Positions 1 to 12,552 are shown, counted from the first letter of the stretch. The stretch: 64,000 bases of DNA from Polaromonas sp. (GCF_030689685.1 NZ_JAUYEY010000040.1:367-64366), one strand, 5' to 3'. Numbers and translations: made by a program. Notes: generated by a model not told the origin, from the letters alone.

Positions 1-970
<970 letters not shown>

Positions 971-995
971 AACGCGCGCACGGACAGATAAAAAA

Positions 996-1487
996 TCAGA
1001 CCCTGAGGATCCTTTCGCCGCGGCCTATGCCACTGGAGCCGGTTCGCACGGTTTCCAGAATCGCGCTGCGGTCGATCGCCTCCAGGAAGGCGTCGTTTTT
1101 GGACTGGTCGCCGGTCAGCTCGATGGTGTAACTCTTTTCCGTCACGTCGATGATCCGGCCACGGAATATATCAGCCATGCGTTTCATCTCCTCGCGCTCC
1201 TTGCCGACAGCGCGCACCTTGACCATCATGAGCTCACGTTCGATATAGGAGCCCTCGGTCAGGTCCACCACCTTGACGACTTCGATGAGCCGGTTCAGGT
1301 GCTTGGTGATCTGCTCGATCACGTCGTCCGAGCCGGTGGTCTGTATGGTCATGCGCGACAGGCTGGCGTCTTCAGTCGGCGCCACGGTCAGGCTTTCGAT
1401 GTTATAGCCACGCGCAGAGAACAGGCCCACCACGCGGGAAAGGGCGCCCGGCTCGTTTTCGAGCAGAACAGCAATGATGTGTTTCAT
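996..1487 (-). CDS. ilvH: acetolactate synthase small (regulatory) subunit
   Basis: MKHIIAVLLENEPGALSRVVGLFSARGYNIESLTV ACT domain; ATG at 1487 preceded by GAGGA. Confidence 0.97.
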   Translation of the reverse strand: MKHIIAVLLENEPGALSRVVGLFSARGYNIESLTVAPTEDASLSRMTIQTTGSDDVIEQITKHLNRLIEVVKVVDLTEGSYIERELMMVKVRAVGKEREEMKRMADIFRGRIIDVTEKSYTIELTGDQSKNDAFLEAIDRSAILETVRTGSSGIGRGERILRV

Positions 1488-1506
1488 GTGAAGATTCCTC
1501 TTTTCG

Positions 1507-1545
1507 CTGCCCTCCCCCACGCACGGTAATGCGCGGGCTCGGCAG
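1507..1545 (-). promoter_or_regulatory. structured leader hairpin upstream of ilvH (candidate ilvH RNA motif)
   Basis: Minus strand CTGCC-GAG-CCCGCGCA-TTACCG-TGCGTGGG-GGAG-GGCAG, ending about 6 nt before the RBS; assignment to the published motif is from memory and unverified. Confidence 0.5.
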
Positions 1546-1590
1546 GCAATAGATTCGTCAGGTGACGGTTGAAAAAATGATGTGTAGCGC

Positions 1591-3372
1591 TTACAGGTCC
1601 TCGGACCCGAGCAGCATTTCGGTGATGCCCTTGCCGGCCTTGACCATCGGAAACACGTTCTCGGTGGGGTCGGTGCGGAAGTCCATGAACACGGTGCGGT
1701 CCTTGAGCTTGCGCGCCTCGCGCAGCGCCGGCTCGACGTCCTGCGGCTTTTCGATCAGCATGCCGACATGACCATAGGCCTCGGCAAGCTTGACGAAATT
1801 GGGCAGCGCGTCCATGTAGCTGCTGCTGTATCGGCCTTCGTAATCGATTTCCTGCCACTGGCGCACCATGCCCAAATAGCGGTTGTTCAGCGAGACGATC
1901 TTGATCGGCGTGTTGTACTGCAGGCAGGTCGACAGCTCCTGGATGCACATCTGCACCGAACCTTCGCCGGTGATGCAATACACCTCGCTGTCTGGCTTGG
2001 CCAGCTTGATGCCCATCGCGTAGGGAATGCCGACACCCATGGTGCCCAGGCCACCCGAGTTGATCCAGCGACGCGGTTCGTCAAACTTGTAATACTGCGC
2101 CGCCCACATCTGGTGCTGTCCCACATCAGACGTGATGTAGGTATCGGCGTCCTTGGTCATGTTCCAGAGCGTCTCGACCACATACTGCGGCTTGATCACA
2201 TCGCCCTTGCCCAGGCTGTATTTCATGCAGTCGCGCTTGCGCCAGCCTTCAATGGTTTCCCACCAGCCGCCCAGCGCATCGCCGTCGGGCTTCAGACCAG
2301 ACTCACGGATCATGGCGATCAGTTCAGTCAGCACGTCCTTGACGTCGCCGACGATGGGAATGTCGACCTTGACGCGTTTTGAAATGCTCGACGGGTCGAT
2401 GTCGATGTGGATGATCTTGCGTTCGTTCTGCGCAAAGTGTTTCGGGTTGCCGATTACACGGTCGTCAAAACGTGCGCCGACGGCCAGCAGCACGTCGCAG
2501 TTCTGCATCGCGTTGTTGGCTTCCATGGTCCCGTGCATGCCCAGCATGCCAAGAAACTTTTTGTCGCTGGCCGGATAAGCGCCCAGGCCCATCAGCGTGT
2601 TGGTGCAGGGGTAGCCCAGCATGTCCACCAATGTGCGCAGCTCCTGCGAAGCATTGCTCAGCAAGACACCGCCGCCCGTGTAGATGTAAGGCCGCTTGGC
2701 CGTCATCAGCAATTGCAAGGCCTTGCGGATCTGCCCGCCATGGCCCTTGCGCACCGGGTTGTAGGAACGCATTTCAACGCTCTGCGGATACCCGGCATAC
2801 GTCGTCTTGTTGAAAGACACATCCTTGGGGATGTCCACCACCACAGGGCCGGGACGACCGCTGCGCGCAATATGGAAAGCCTTTTTCAGGGTCTCAGCCA
2901 TCTGCCGCACGTCCTTGACCAGGAAGTTGTGCTTCACGATGGGGCGTGTGATGCCAACCGTGTCGCACTCCTGGAAGGCATCCAGGCCAATCGCGTGTGT
3001 GGGCACCTGGCCGGTGATGATCACCATCGGAATGCTGTCCATGTAAGCCGTGGCGATGCCGGTGACCGCATTGGTCACACCGGGGCCGGAGGTGACCAGC
3101 GCCACGCCGACCTCACCTGTAGCACGCGCATAACCGTCGGCGGCATGCACCGCCGCCTGCTCATGGCGCACCAGGACATGCTGAATCGTTTCCTGCTTGT
3201 AGAAAGCGTCGTAGATGTGCAATACAGCGCCGCCCGGATAGCCCCAGACGTGTTTGACGCCCTCGGCCTGCAGCGCCTTGATCAGGATTTCTGCGCCACG
3301 AAGCTCTTGAGAATTTGAATGGGCAGAAGCTGCCGCTGCTGCCGAAGCGAGTTCGGCTTTTGTGATTTCCAT
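1591..3372 (-). CDS. ilvI: acetolactate synthase large subunit
   Basis: GYPGGAVL, RHEQAA, TSGPG and GDG-like (GEGSVQM...NN) TPP-binding motifs; 593 aa. Confidence 0.97.
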   Translation of the reverse strand: MEITKAELASAAAAASAHSNSQELRGAEILIKALQAEGVKHVWGYPGGAVLHIYDAFYKQETIQHVLVRHEQAAVHAADGYARATGEVGVALVTSGPGVTNAVTGIATAYMDSIPMVIITGQVPTHAIGLDAFQECDTVGITRPIVKHNFLVKDVRQMAETLKKAFHIARSGRPGPVVVDIPKDVSFNKTTYAGYPQSVEMRSYNPVRKGHGGQIRKALQLLMTAKRPYIYTGGGVLLSNASQELRTLVDMLGYPCTNTLMGLGAYPASDKKFLGMLGMHGTMEANNAMQNCDVLLAVGARFDDRVIGNPKHFAQNERKIIHIDIDPSSISKRVKVDIPIVGDVKDVLTELIAMIRESGLKPDGDALGGWWETIEGWRKRDCMKYSLGKGDVIKPQYVVETLWNMTKDADTYITSDVGQHQMWAAQYYKFDEPRRWINSGGLGTMGVGIPYAMGIKLAKPDSEVYCITGEGSVQMCIQELSTCLQYNTPIKIVSLNNRYLGMVRQWQEIDYEGRYSSSYMDALPNFVKLAEAYGHVGMLIEKPQDVEPALREARKLKDRTVFMDFRTDPTENVFPMVKAGKGITEMLLGSEDL

Positions 3373-3706
3373 GATGAACCTTTGTGAATTTCTCTAACGA
3401 AATACCTTGGGTGCCTCTTCACTGACTCTTGTGGAGTAGCGTCGAGACTTGAGGCCAAAACCATGGGCGGAAACATAAACCGCCGGGTCATGACCCGTTT
3501 GCTGTTTGAATTGCAAGCGGAATTATAGGGTACAGGCTGGCGCGCAGTCGCTGGCAGCAATAATGTCCGGCGGAGTGGTGCTTGATGCGATAATTTTGCT
3601 GCCGGTGAGCGTCACTGGCACAAGGCCTGTCGGGCCGGCCGCACCCCAAAGCGGCCGGCAACAAGTAAAAACAAGGACAGCGCCGGGACAAACCGGAAAT
3701 CAACCG

Positions 3707-4273
3707 TTGGCAACCGAACAAGAACTTTCCGATTTCCTGAAAAGCGTTGAAAAACGCGCTTTCAAGCGCAGCGTTTACCACGTTCGGGATGACGAGGCGG
3801 CGCTCGACATTGTTCAGGACAGCATGATGAAGCTGGCGCATCATTATGGCGACAAGCCCGCCGCCGAGCTGCCCATGCTGTTCCAGCGCATCCTGTCCAA
3901 CACCACGCTGGACTGGTTCCGGCGCCGCAAAACCCGCAACGCACTTTTCTCCAACATGAGCGACTTCGAATCGGCCGGCGACGACGGAGATTTTGATTTG
4001 CTTGAAACTTTAGAGTCCTCAACCAACTCAGAGGGGACTGAGAGCGCCCAGGACGCAACGGAGCGGGCTCAAATCTTGCGAGAAATCGAGCTTGAGATCA
4101 AGGAACTGCCCGGCCGTCAACGGGAAGCCTTTCTCATGCGTTACTGGGAGGAAATGGATGTGGCTGAAACGGCTGCTGCCATGGGTTGCTCCGAAGGTAG
4201 CGTGAAAACGCATTGTTCGCGAGCCGTCCATGCACTCAGTAAAGCTTTGGCCGCCAGGGGAATCAAATTATGA
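3707..4273 (+). CDS. ECF-family RNA polymerase sigma factor
   Basis: DIVQDSMMKL (region 2), LPGRQREAFLMRYWEEMDVAETAAAMGCSEGSVKTHCSRA (region 4); TTG start at 3707 inferred (ORF is open from 3506). Confidence 0.93.
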   Translation: MATEQELSDFLKSVEKRAFKRSVYHVRDDEAALDIVQDSMMKLAHHYGDKPAAELPMLFQRILSNTTLDWFRRRKTRNALFSNMSDFESAGDDGDFDLLETLESSTNSEGTESAQDATERAQILREIELEIKELPGRQREAFLMRYWEEMDVAETAAAMGCSEGSVKTHCSRAVHALSKALAARGIKL

Positions 4274-4698
4274 ACCGCTCACCGCAAAACCACATCGACA
4301 TCCTGCAAGACCGCTACGGCCTGAAAACCGCCTCCTACCTGTCGGCCGGCTCTGCCGACCTGCCTTACGACATCTCTGAACGCCTGCGCGCTGCGCGCGC
4401 CCAGGCCGTGGCGGCGCGCCGGATCGCCAAAGTGCAGTCTGCGCCTGTTAACGCCAGGGCCAGCACGGGTGCCACCCTGACCTGGGGCTCGGACGAAGGT
4501 TTCAGCCTGTGGAGCCAGATTGGCTCAGTCCTGCCCCTGATTGCCCTGGTGGTGGGCCTGCTGGCTATCAGTTCGCTGCAAACCGACAAGCTGGTGCAGG
4601 AACTTGCCGAAGTGGACTCGGCCTTGCTGACCGACGAGCTGCCGCCAGATGCTTTTTCCGACCCTGGCTTTGTGCAATTTCTCAAAACAACGCTTTGA
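4270..4698 (+). CDS. DUF3619-like membrane protein, putative anti-sigma factor
   Basis: ATGA overlap with the sigma factor; single TM helix; C-terminal DELPPDAFSDPGF motif. Confidence 0.8.
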   Translation: MNRSPQNHIDILQDRYGLKTASYLSAGSADLPYDISERLRAARAQAVAARRIAKVQSAPVNARASTGATLTWGSDEGFSLWSQIGSVLPLIALVVGLLAISSLQTDKLVQELAEVDSALLTDELPPDAFSDPGFVQFLKTTL

Positions 4699-4740
4699 AC
4701 CCGCCGGTTGCCACTGCCGAACCCGTCAACACCTGTATCC

Positions 4741-5454
4741 ATGACTGCGCCAATCTTCCTAGCTGACAACATGTTTTGCCTGCCCGGCAAGGCGCGTGCG
4801 AGGCCGGCTGGCCGGTGGGCTCTGCTGCTTTTAGTGGCGGCCTCTGCGGTGTCTACTGCCCAGACTGTCACGCCTGCGCCAGCGGCGACACCGGCGAAAA
4901 CCGTGGTCGCCCAGGCTTTTGCCGGACCCGGCTGGAACGAGCTAAGCCCGGCGCAACGCGAAGTGCTGACGCCGCTGGCATCGGCCTGGCCCTCCCTGAG
5001 CCAAAGCCACAAGCGCAAGTGGCTTGAAATGGCCCGTAGCTACCGATCGCTGCCCCCCGAAGAACAGGCCAAGATGCAGGGCCGCATGAAGGAATGGGTG
5101 GCACTCAGCCCCCAACAGCGCACCCAGGCTCGGCTAAATTTTGCAAAAACTAAAGAATTGTCCAAAGAGCTGACGGCTGAAGAGAAAAAAGCCAAATGGG
5201 AGGCGTACCAGTCGCTCAGCACCGAGGAAAAACAAAAACTAGCCGACAAAGCGCCGGCCAAGCCGGTCGGTGCAGCGCCAGCGTCCAAACCCGTCTCCCG
5301 GCAAAAACTGGCCACCATCCCTTCGGCTGCGGATCAGGCCAAAGCCAAAGCTGCGCCTAAAATTGCAGTTTCGCAGTCGATTGACTCCCCGCCCGGCCTG
5401 GCGCCCGCCGCCACGCCCGCCAGCCCCATCGGTACGCCGGTTGAGCCCCAATAG
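4741..5454 (+). CDS. DUF3106-like exported protein
   Basis: Signal-like hydrophobic stretch followed by repeated W..LS..Q helical units; start uncertain. Confidence 0.75.
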   Translation: MTAPIFLADNMFCLPGKARARPAGRWALLLLVAASAVSTAQTVTPAPAATPAKTVVAQAFAGPGWNELSPAQREVLTPLASAWPSLSQSHKRKWLEMARSYRSLPPEEQAKMQGRMKEWVALSPQQRTQARLNFAKTKELSKELTAEEKKAKWEAYQSLSTEEKQKLADKAPAKPVGAAPASKPVSRQKLATIPSAADQAKAKAAPKIAVSQSIDSPPGLAPAATPASPIGTPVEPQ

Positions 5455-5491
5455 GCTTTGAACGCCCGCGTGCCGCGCGGCATGCGCGGCT

Positions 5492-5554
5492 TATAGGATC
5501 AATTCGTGCTGTAGCCCATGTCCGCTCTCACTTTGTTGCTACAAAATTGATAGT
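5492..5554 (-). repeat. GCTAY-N7-RTAGC element, copy A
   Basis: Minus strand ACTATCAATTTTGTAGC plus arm ...ATGGGCTACAGCACGAATTG; overlaps the RDD gene start. Confidence 0.7.
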
Positions 5555-6068
5555 TAATTCTGCCCCTCAAGCTGTTACTCCGTCGCTGCGCAGGCGCATG
5601 GCCTGCTGGATGTACGAAGGCCTGCTGATGTTCGGCGTGGTCTTCATCGCCGGTTACCTGTTCGGCGCGCTGAGCCAGACGCGCAATGCGCTGGACAACC
5701 GCCATGCGCTGCAGGCCTTTTTATTCGTTATTTTCGGGATCTACTTCGTCTGGTTTTGGGCCAAAGGCCAAACCCTGGCCATGAAAACCTGGAACATCCG
5801 CGTGGTGGACAAGCAGGGGGCGCCCATCACCCAACAACACGCCTTGCTGCGTTATGTATTGAGCTGGTTGTGGTTCTTGCCGCCGCTGGCTGTCAGTTGG
5901 GCCCTGGGTCTGCCTGGCCGTGAAGCCGCCGTGCTTGCTCTGGGCTGGGTGCCGATCTGGGCGATTCTGGCGCGCTTTCATCCCGACCGGCAGTTCTGGC
6001 ACGACGCCATCGCCGGTACCCGGCTGGTCACCAGTCTGCCGGCTGGCAAACCGCCCAAAGCGGCCTGA
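5547..6068 (+). CDS. RDD family membrane protein
   Basis: PSLRRRMACWMYE, GQTLAMKTWNIRVV, WHDAIAGTRLV RDD signatures; start uncertain. Confidence 0.88.
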   Translation: MIVNSAPQAVTPSLRRRMACWMYEGLLMFGVVFIAGYLFGALSQTRNALDNRHALQAFLFVIFGIYFVWFWAKGQTLAMKTWNIRVVDKQGAPITQQHALLRYVLSWLWFLPPLAVSWALGLPGREAAVLALGWVPIWAILARFHPDRQFWHDAIAGTRLVTSLPAGKPPKAA

Positions 6069-6127
6069 GGCGGCCCGGCATGCAGACTTCACATCAAACT
6101 GCCACACAGCCGCGCGACAATCGACCG

Positions 6128-6562
6128 ATGCCCAACTCCGCTTCTTTCCGCGTTCCCGATGCCGCCGTTCCTCCACCGGCCTCCCCCGTCAACCCCCAGA
6201 AAGACCGCAAAGGCCTGAACCGCGTCTGGCACGCGCTCGGCTACTCAGTGGCCGGTCTGCGTGCCGGCTGGCATGAAACCGCGTTCCGCCAGGAGGCCAT
6301 CGCCTCGCTGCTGCTGCTGCCGGCCGCTTTCTGGCTGGGCCGTAGCTGGGTCGAAACCGTGCTTCTGGCCGGCTCGGTCATCCTGGTGATGATCATAGAG
6401 CTGCTCAACACCGGCATCGAAACCGCCATCGACCGCATCGGCCCCGAGTGGCACGATTTGTCCAAACGCGCCAAGGACATGGGCAGCGCCGCCGTGCTGT
6501 TGAGCCTGCTGCTGTGCGCCGGCACCTGGGCGCTGGCGCTGTTCCACCGGTTTGTTGCATGA
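6128..6562 (+). CDS. dgkA: diacylglycerol kinase
   Basis: ETAFRQE, ELLNTGIETAID, KRAKDMGSAAV signatures. Confidence 0.95.
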   Translation: MPNSASFRVPDAAVPPPASPVNPQKDRKGLNRVWHALGYSVAGLRAGWHETAFRQEAIASLLLLPAAFWLGRSWVETVLLAGSVILVMIIELLNTGIETAIDRIGPEWHDLSKRAKDMGSAAVLLSLLLCAGTWALALFHRFVA

Positions 6563-7146
6563 CGCCGGCTTTTTCAATCTGTGTGTATTGCGGCTCGCGC
6601 CCCGGCGCAGACACGGTCTTTGCCGACACCGCGCGCGCGGTAGGCACATGGATAGGCGGCCATGACGGGCAACTGGTCTACGGCGGCGGCCGCAATGGCC
6701 TGATGGGCATCGTAGCCGACGCCACGCTGGCGGCCGGCGGACGCGTGATCGGCGTGATCCCCAAAGCGCTGGTGGAAAAGGAATGGGCGCACACCGGCTG
6801 CACCGAACTGCACATCGTCGACACCATGCATGAGCGCAAACGCATCATGGCCGAACATGCCGACGCTTTTTTGTCGCTGCCCGGCGGAATTGGCACGCTG
6901 GAAGAGTTTTTCGAGGTCTGGACCTGGCGCCAGCTCGGCTACCACGCCAAGCCGGTGGGCTTGCTCAACCTGAACGGCTACTACACCGATCTCCTGGCCT
7001 TTCTGGCCTCATCGGTCAAAAGCGGCTTCATGAGCGACTGGCAGATGGAGTTGATCCATGTCGGTGCCGAACCGCAGGCCCTGCTGGAGCAACTGGTGCA
7101 GGTCGCGGGCATGGCGCCCGAGGGTTCGAGGCTAGACCAGATTTAA
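6559..7146 (+). CDS. LOG family nucleotide phosphoribohydrolase (TIGR00730-like)
   Basis: CVYCGS, VYGGG..GLMG, MHERK, LPGGIGTLEE motifs; ATGA overlap with dgkA. Confidence 0.93.
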   Translation: MTPAFSICVYCGSRPGADTVFADTARAVGTWIGGHDGQLVYGGGRNGLMGIVADATLAAGGRVIGVIPKALVEKEWAHTGCTELHIVDTMHERKRIMAEHADAFLSLPGGIGTLEEFFEVWTWRQLGYHAKPVGLLNLNGYYTDLLAFLASSVKSGFMSDWQMELIHVGAEPQALLEQLVQVAGMAPEGSRLDQI

Positions 7147-7182
7147 GGTGCTTGCTTCCGGCCTTCGTGGGGGAGACTATCT

Positions 7183-7280
7183 TTTTACCAGCCGAGGCCG
7201 CGGGTCCGGCTCTGCCGACCCGCAGGCGCAGCGGCCCCCCTCGGGGGCAGCGCATTACACGAAGTGAAAAGTGTGGGGGC
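7183..7280 (+). repeat. ~100-bp REP-like element, copy 1
   Basis: TTTACCAGCCGAGGCCGCGG...CGCAGGCGCAGCGGCCCCCCTCGGGGGCAG...GTGGGGGC; near-identical copies at 22313, 36147 and 38521. Confidence 0.9.
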
Positions 7281-7292
7281 TTTCTAGACTGC

Positions 7293-9343
<2,051 letters not shown>

Positions 9344-9369
9344 GGAAAAAGAAGAAAACGGTAGGTGCT

Positions 9370-10617
9370 GTGGCTGAAAACGATTATGTCATCCGTGTGC
9401 TGGACGCGCCGGGGCAGGTCGATGGCGCCGCCTGGAACACCCTGCTGGCATTGCAGGACCCGGACGGCGGGCTGAACCCTTTTATGCGCCACGAGTACCT
9501 GTGCGCCATGCACGACAGCGGCAGCGCCACGCCCACGACCGGGTGGACGCCTCGCTTCATCACCTTGTGGCACGGCGATGAACTGGCTGGGGCCAGCGCG
9601 CTGTACCTCAAGGACCACTCCTACGGCGAATATGTTTTCGACCATGCCTGGGCCAACGCCTACCACCAGCATGGCCTGAGTTACTACCCGAAAGCGCTCG
9701 TGGCCCCGCCCTTCACACCGGTGCCCGGCCCGCGCCTGCTGGCGCGTGACTCGGCCGCGCGCTTGTTGCTGGTGAAGGCGCTGGTGGCGTGGTGCGGTGA
9801 AGAGGGCCTGTCTTCGCTGCATTTGCTCTTCACCAGCGATGCGGATGTGGTGGCTTGCGAGGAAGCCGGACTCATGTTGAGGCACAACGTGCAATTCCAC
9901 TGGACAAATATCTCCACGGAAATCCCGGTGTCGTCCGGCAACCCCCGCTCCTTTCGTGACTTCGACGACTTCCTGATGTCGCTGAGCCAGGACAAGCGAA
10001 AAAAAATCCGCCAGGAGCGGCGCAAGGTGCTGGATGCCAGCGTGCGCTTTCGCTGGTCGCTGGGCAAAAACATCACCTCCGCCGACTGGGATTTTTTCTA
10101 CAGTTGTTACGAGCGCACCTACTACGAACACGGCAACGCGCCCTACCTGAGCCGCGACTTCTTCCAGCGCATGCAGGAGGACATGCCGGAGAACTGGCTG
10201 CTGTTCGTCGGCGAGCGCAACAGCATCCCGATTGCTACAAGTTTGATAGCTGTCAGCGCAAGCAGGGCCGGGGCTGCAGGCCAATTTGGCACTGAATCCG
10301 GGGCCGGAATCGCCTACGGCCGCTACTGGGGCGCGACCGAGCGGGTGGACTGCCTGCATTTCGAAGCCTGCTACTACCAGCCGCTGCAATGGTGCATCAA
10401 CCACGGCTACCAGCGCTTCGAAGGCGGCGCCCAGGGCGAACACAAGATGGCGCGCGCCCTGCTGCCGGTCAAGACCACCAGCGCCCACTGGCTGGCGCAC
10501 CCCGCCTTTGCCGATGCGGTTGAGCGCTTTCTGGAGCGTGAAGGCGAAGGAATTGAAGGCTACATGGAAGAGCTGGAGCGGCGCAATCCTTTCAGACAGG
10601 CCTTGAAGCCGGCCTGA
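9370..10617 (+). CDS. GNAT/FemAB-like protein (DUF482 type)
   Basis: YLKDHSYGEYVFDHAWA, YGRYWG, LHFEACYYQ, FEGGAQGEHK motifs. Confidence 0.92.
   Translation: MAENDYVIRVLDAPGQVDGAAWNTLLALQDPDGGLNPFMRHEYLCAMHDSGSATPTTGWTPRFITLWHGDELAGASALYLKDHSYGEYVFDHAWANAYHQHGLSYYPKALVAPPFTPVPGPRLLARDSAARLLLVKALVAWCGEEGLSSLHLLFTSDADVVACEEAGLMLRHNVQFHWTNISTEIPVSSGNPRSFRDFDDFLMSLSQDKRKKIRQERRKVLDASVRFRWSLGKNITSADWDFFYSCYERTYYEHGNAPYLSRDFFQRMQEDMPENWLLFVGERNSIPIATSLIAVSASRAGAAGQFGTESGAGIAYGRYWGATERVDCLHFEACYYQPLQWCINHGYQRFEGGAQGEHKMARALLPVKTTSAHWLAHPAFADAVERFLEREGEGIEGYMEELERRNPFRQALKPA
10234..10296 (+). repeat. GCTAY-N7-RTAGC element, copy C (inside the GNAT gene)
   Basis: GCTACAAGTTTGATAGC-TGTCAGCGCAAGCAGGGCCGGGGCTGCAGGCCAATTTGGCACTGAA. 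Confidence 0.85.
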
Positions 10618-10631
10618 GCCAGGCTTCTGTG

Positions 10632-10653
10632 TTGCATTACAATTGCAATGCAA
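10632..10653 (+). promoter_or_regulatory. palindromic candidate TA operator
   Basis: TTGCATTACAATTGCAATGCAA near-perfect palindrome just upstream of the RBS AGGAG and GTG 10668. Confidence 0.6.
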
Positions 10654-10667
10654 AACAGGAGCTGCTC

Positions 10668-10973
10668 GTGAAGACCTCAACTTTTCCCGCCTTGCGCGCC
10701 AAGCCAGAACTGCGCGAAGCCGCAGAACGCGCTCTTCGCCCCAATGAAACCCTGTCCAACCTGATGGAAGCATCGCTGGAGAGCTACATCGCCCACCGCG
10801 CCGCCGAAGATGACTTTATTGCCCGTGGCTTGCGCTCGGCGCAAAAAGCCAAAGAAGCAAACCGCTACATCAGCGCAGAAGCGGTATTTGTCAAACTCGA
10901 TAAAAAACTGATCGACGCAAAGCAGCCTGCGACAGCGGGCAAAACCACCAAACGCGCTGCCAGCGGCGCATGA
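10668..10973 (+). CDS. putative antitoxin (YlcI/YnfO-like ribbon-helix-helix)
   Basis: KTSTFPALR...ELREAAE...ETLSNLMEASL; ATGA overlap with the toxin. Confidence 0.75.
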   Translation: MKTSTFPALRAKPELREAAERALRPNETLSNLMEASLESYIAHRAAEDDFIARGLRSAQKAKEANRYISAEAVFVKLDKKLIDAKQPATAGKTTKRAASGA

Positions 10974-11278
10974 ACCGGTACCAGGTTCGGTTTACGCCGG
11001 ATGCACAAGACGATTTGCTGAGGCTCTACGATTTCCTGCTGCAGTTCGACATGGAGATTGCCGAGCGTGCCCTGCTGGTCATCAAGGACGGCTTCCGTTT
11101 GCTTGAGCAATTTCCGTTTTCATGCCGGAAAGCGGCGAACGGATTACATGGGCCACGCATTCGGGAACTTGTGATCTCATTCGGTGCGTCTGGCTACGTG
11201 GCGCTGTTTGAGATAGACGATGCAAGTACCGTCACTATTCTGGCGGTGCGCCATCAACGGGAAGAAGACTACCACTGA
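10970..11278 (+). CDS. RelE/ParE family toxin
   Basis: YQVRFTPDAQDDLLRLYDFL...RELVISFGASGYVALF...ILAVRHQRE. Confidence 0.92.
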   Translation: MNRYQVRFTPDAQDDLLRLYDFLLQFDMEIAERALLVIKDGFRLLEQFPFSCRKAANGLHGPRIRELVISFGASGYVALFEIDDASTVTILAVRHQREEDYH

Positions 11279-11300
11279 GCATGGCAAATCAGCGATGACT

Positions 11301-11317
11301 GCTATCACCTTTATAGC
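11301..11317 (+). repeat. GCTAY-N7-RTAGC element, copy L (core plus degenerate arm to about 11360)
   Basis: GCTATCACCTTTATAGC, 22 bp after the toxin stop. Confidence 0.65.
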
Positions 11318-11444
11318 AAACTATTCCCGTCATTAACCGGAGGGTGCGGAACGAGTTCATGCGGCACGTCCACGAAGCAGCCCGCGATGGACAAGGCCGC
11401 ATGCTGCTAATCGCTCGAAGCACTGAAAGTCCGAGCGTCGTGAC

Positions 11445-12454
11445 ATGAGCAGCGCGCAACGCTGGCCCACGATCACGGCGCTTGGCACGGTGCAAACCTT
11501 GGCTTGGGCGTCGTCGTACTACCTGCCGGCGATGCTTGCAGTGCCCATGGCGCGGGATCTGGGGGGTTTCGACACCGACGATCTTCATCGCGTTCTCGCT
11601 CGCGCTCATCGTCTCGGCGTTGATGGGGCCGATCTCAGGCCGCGCTATTGACCATTGGGGCGGGCGCCCCGTACTCATGGGAACCAACCTCGTGTTTGCC
11701 GCTGGGCTGACAAGCCTGGCCGCTGTCGACCTTGATGGAAGCGCAGTCCGGATGGCGTGGCGCGTGCCTGGGTTGGGCCGCCCTTCATCTTTTCGTGGGA
11801 CTTCCTCTGAACTGGTCGATTTCGAAGGTTTCCAGAGAAAGCGTGGCGATAGCGCCTGCGAATGCTGCCATCAAGGCGTCCTCGACTGTGCCTCAGCCAA
11901 CCGAACGTCCACGGCTCGCAGCAGGGCTCCTGGCGTTCGTCTTCGCTGCCACCTGGTTCACCAGCACCGCGATGGCGGCGCATCTGCCGCAGTTGCTTCA
12001 GGCGAGCGGGGCCACACTCGCCGTCGCCGTCGGCATTGGTGCGTTAATAGGCCCTGCACAAGTCGCCGGGCGACTGTTGGAGTTTGGGTTCCTGCGCCGC
12101 GTACACCCGCTCTTGTCGGCGCGGCTCGCGACGATGGCGAACCCCATCGGGGCGTTATTCCCTCTTACCCTCGGTGCGCCCGTGGCTGCTCTGTTTGCAG
12201 TGTTGCACGGCGCCGGCAACGGGATTCTCACCATCGCCAAAGGCACGCTTCCGCTGGTACTGTTCGGCCCTCTGGGCTACGGTGGACGGCAAGGCATGCT
12301 GATGGTGCCGGCGCGCATTTGCCAGGCCATCGCACCGGCGCTGTTCGGGTTTTGCCTTGAGCGCTGGGGAACGGGCGCATTGTGGCTGTCTACGGCCTTG
12401 GGCTTGATGGCTTTCGGGGCACTCATGGTGATGCCGCGACAGTCTGCGGGGTAG
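11445..12454 (+). pseudogene. MFS transporter, frameshifted and internally deleted
   Basis: Three frames join into one MFS: ..LAWASSYYLPA..ARDLG | VSTPTIFIAFS..TSLA | WPLSTLMEAQSGWRG..; extra G in G6 run at 11561-11566; second break at about 11716-11721. Confidence 0.85.
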
Positions 12455-12552
12455 AGACAGGACGCCAGTGACGCCTTTAGGGAAGTCTCCCTCTGTGAAA
12501 CGCGCTGGTGGTCCCAAGATGGTCGCCATCAAGAACAAAGCTGAACCATCCA

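Noticed and set aside
3373-3527. Attenuator leader peptide for ilvI
   Set aside because: A TATAAT and small hairpins exist, but no short Ile/Leu/Val-rich ORF or terminator U-run.
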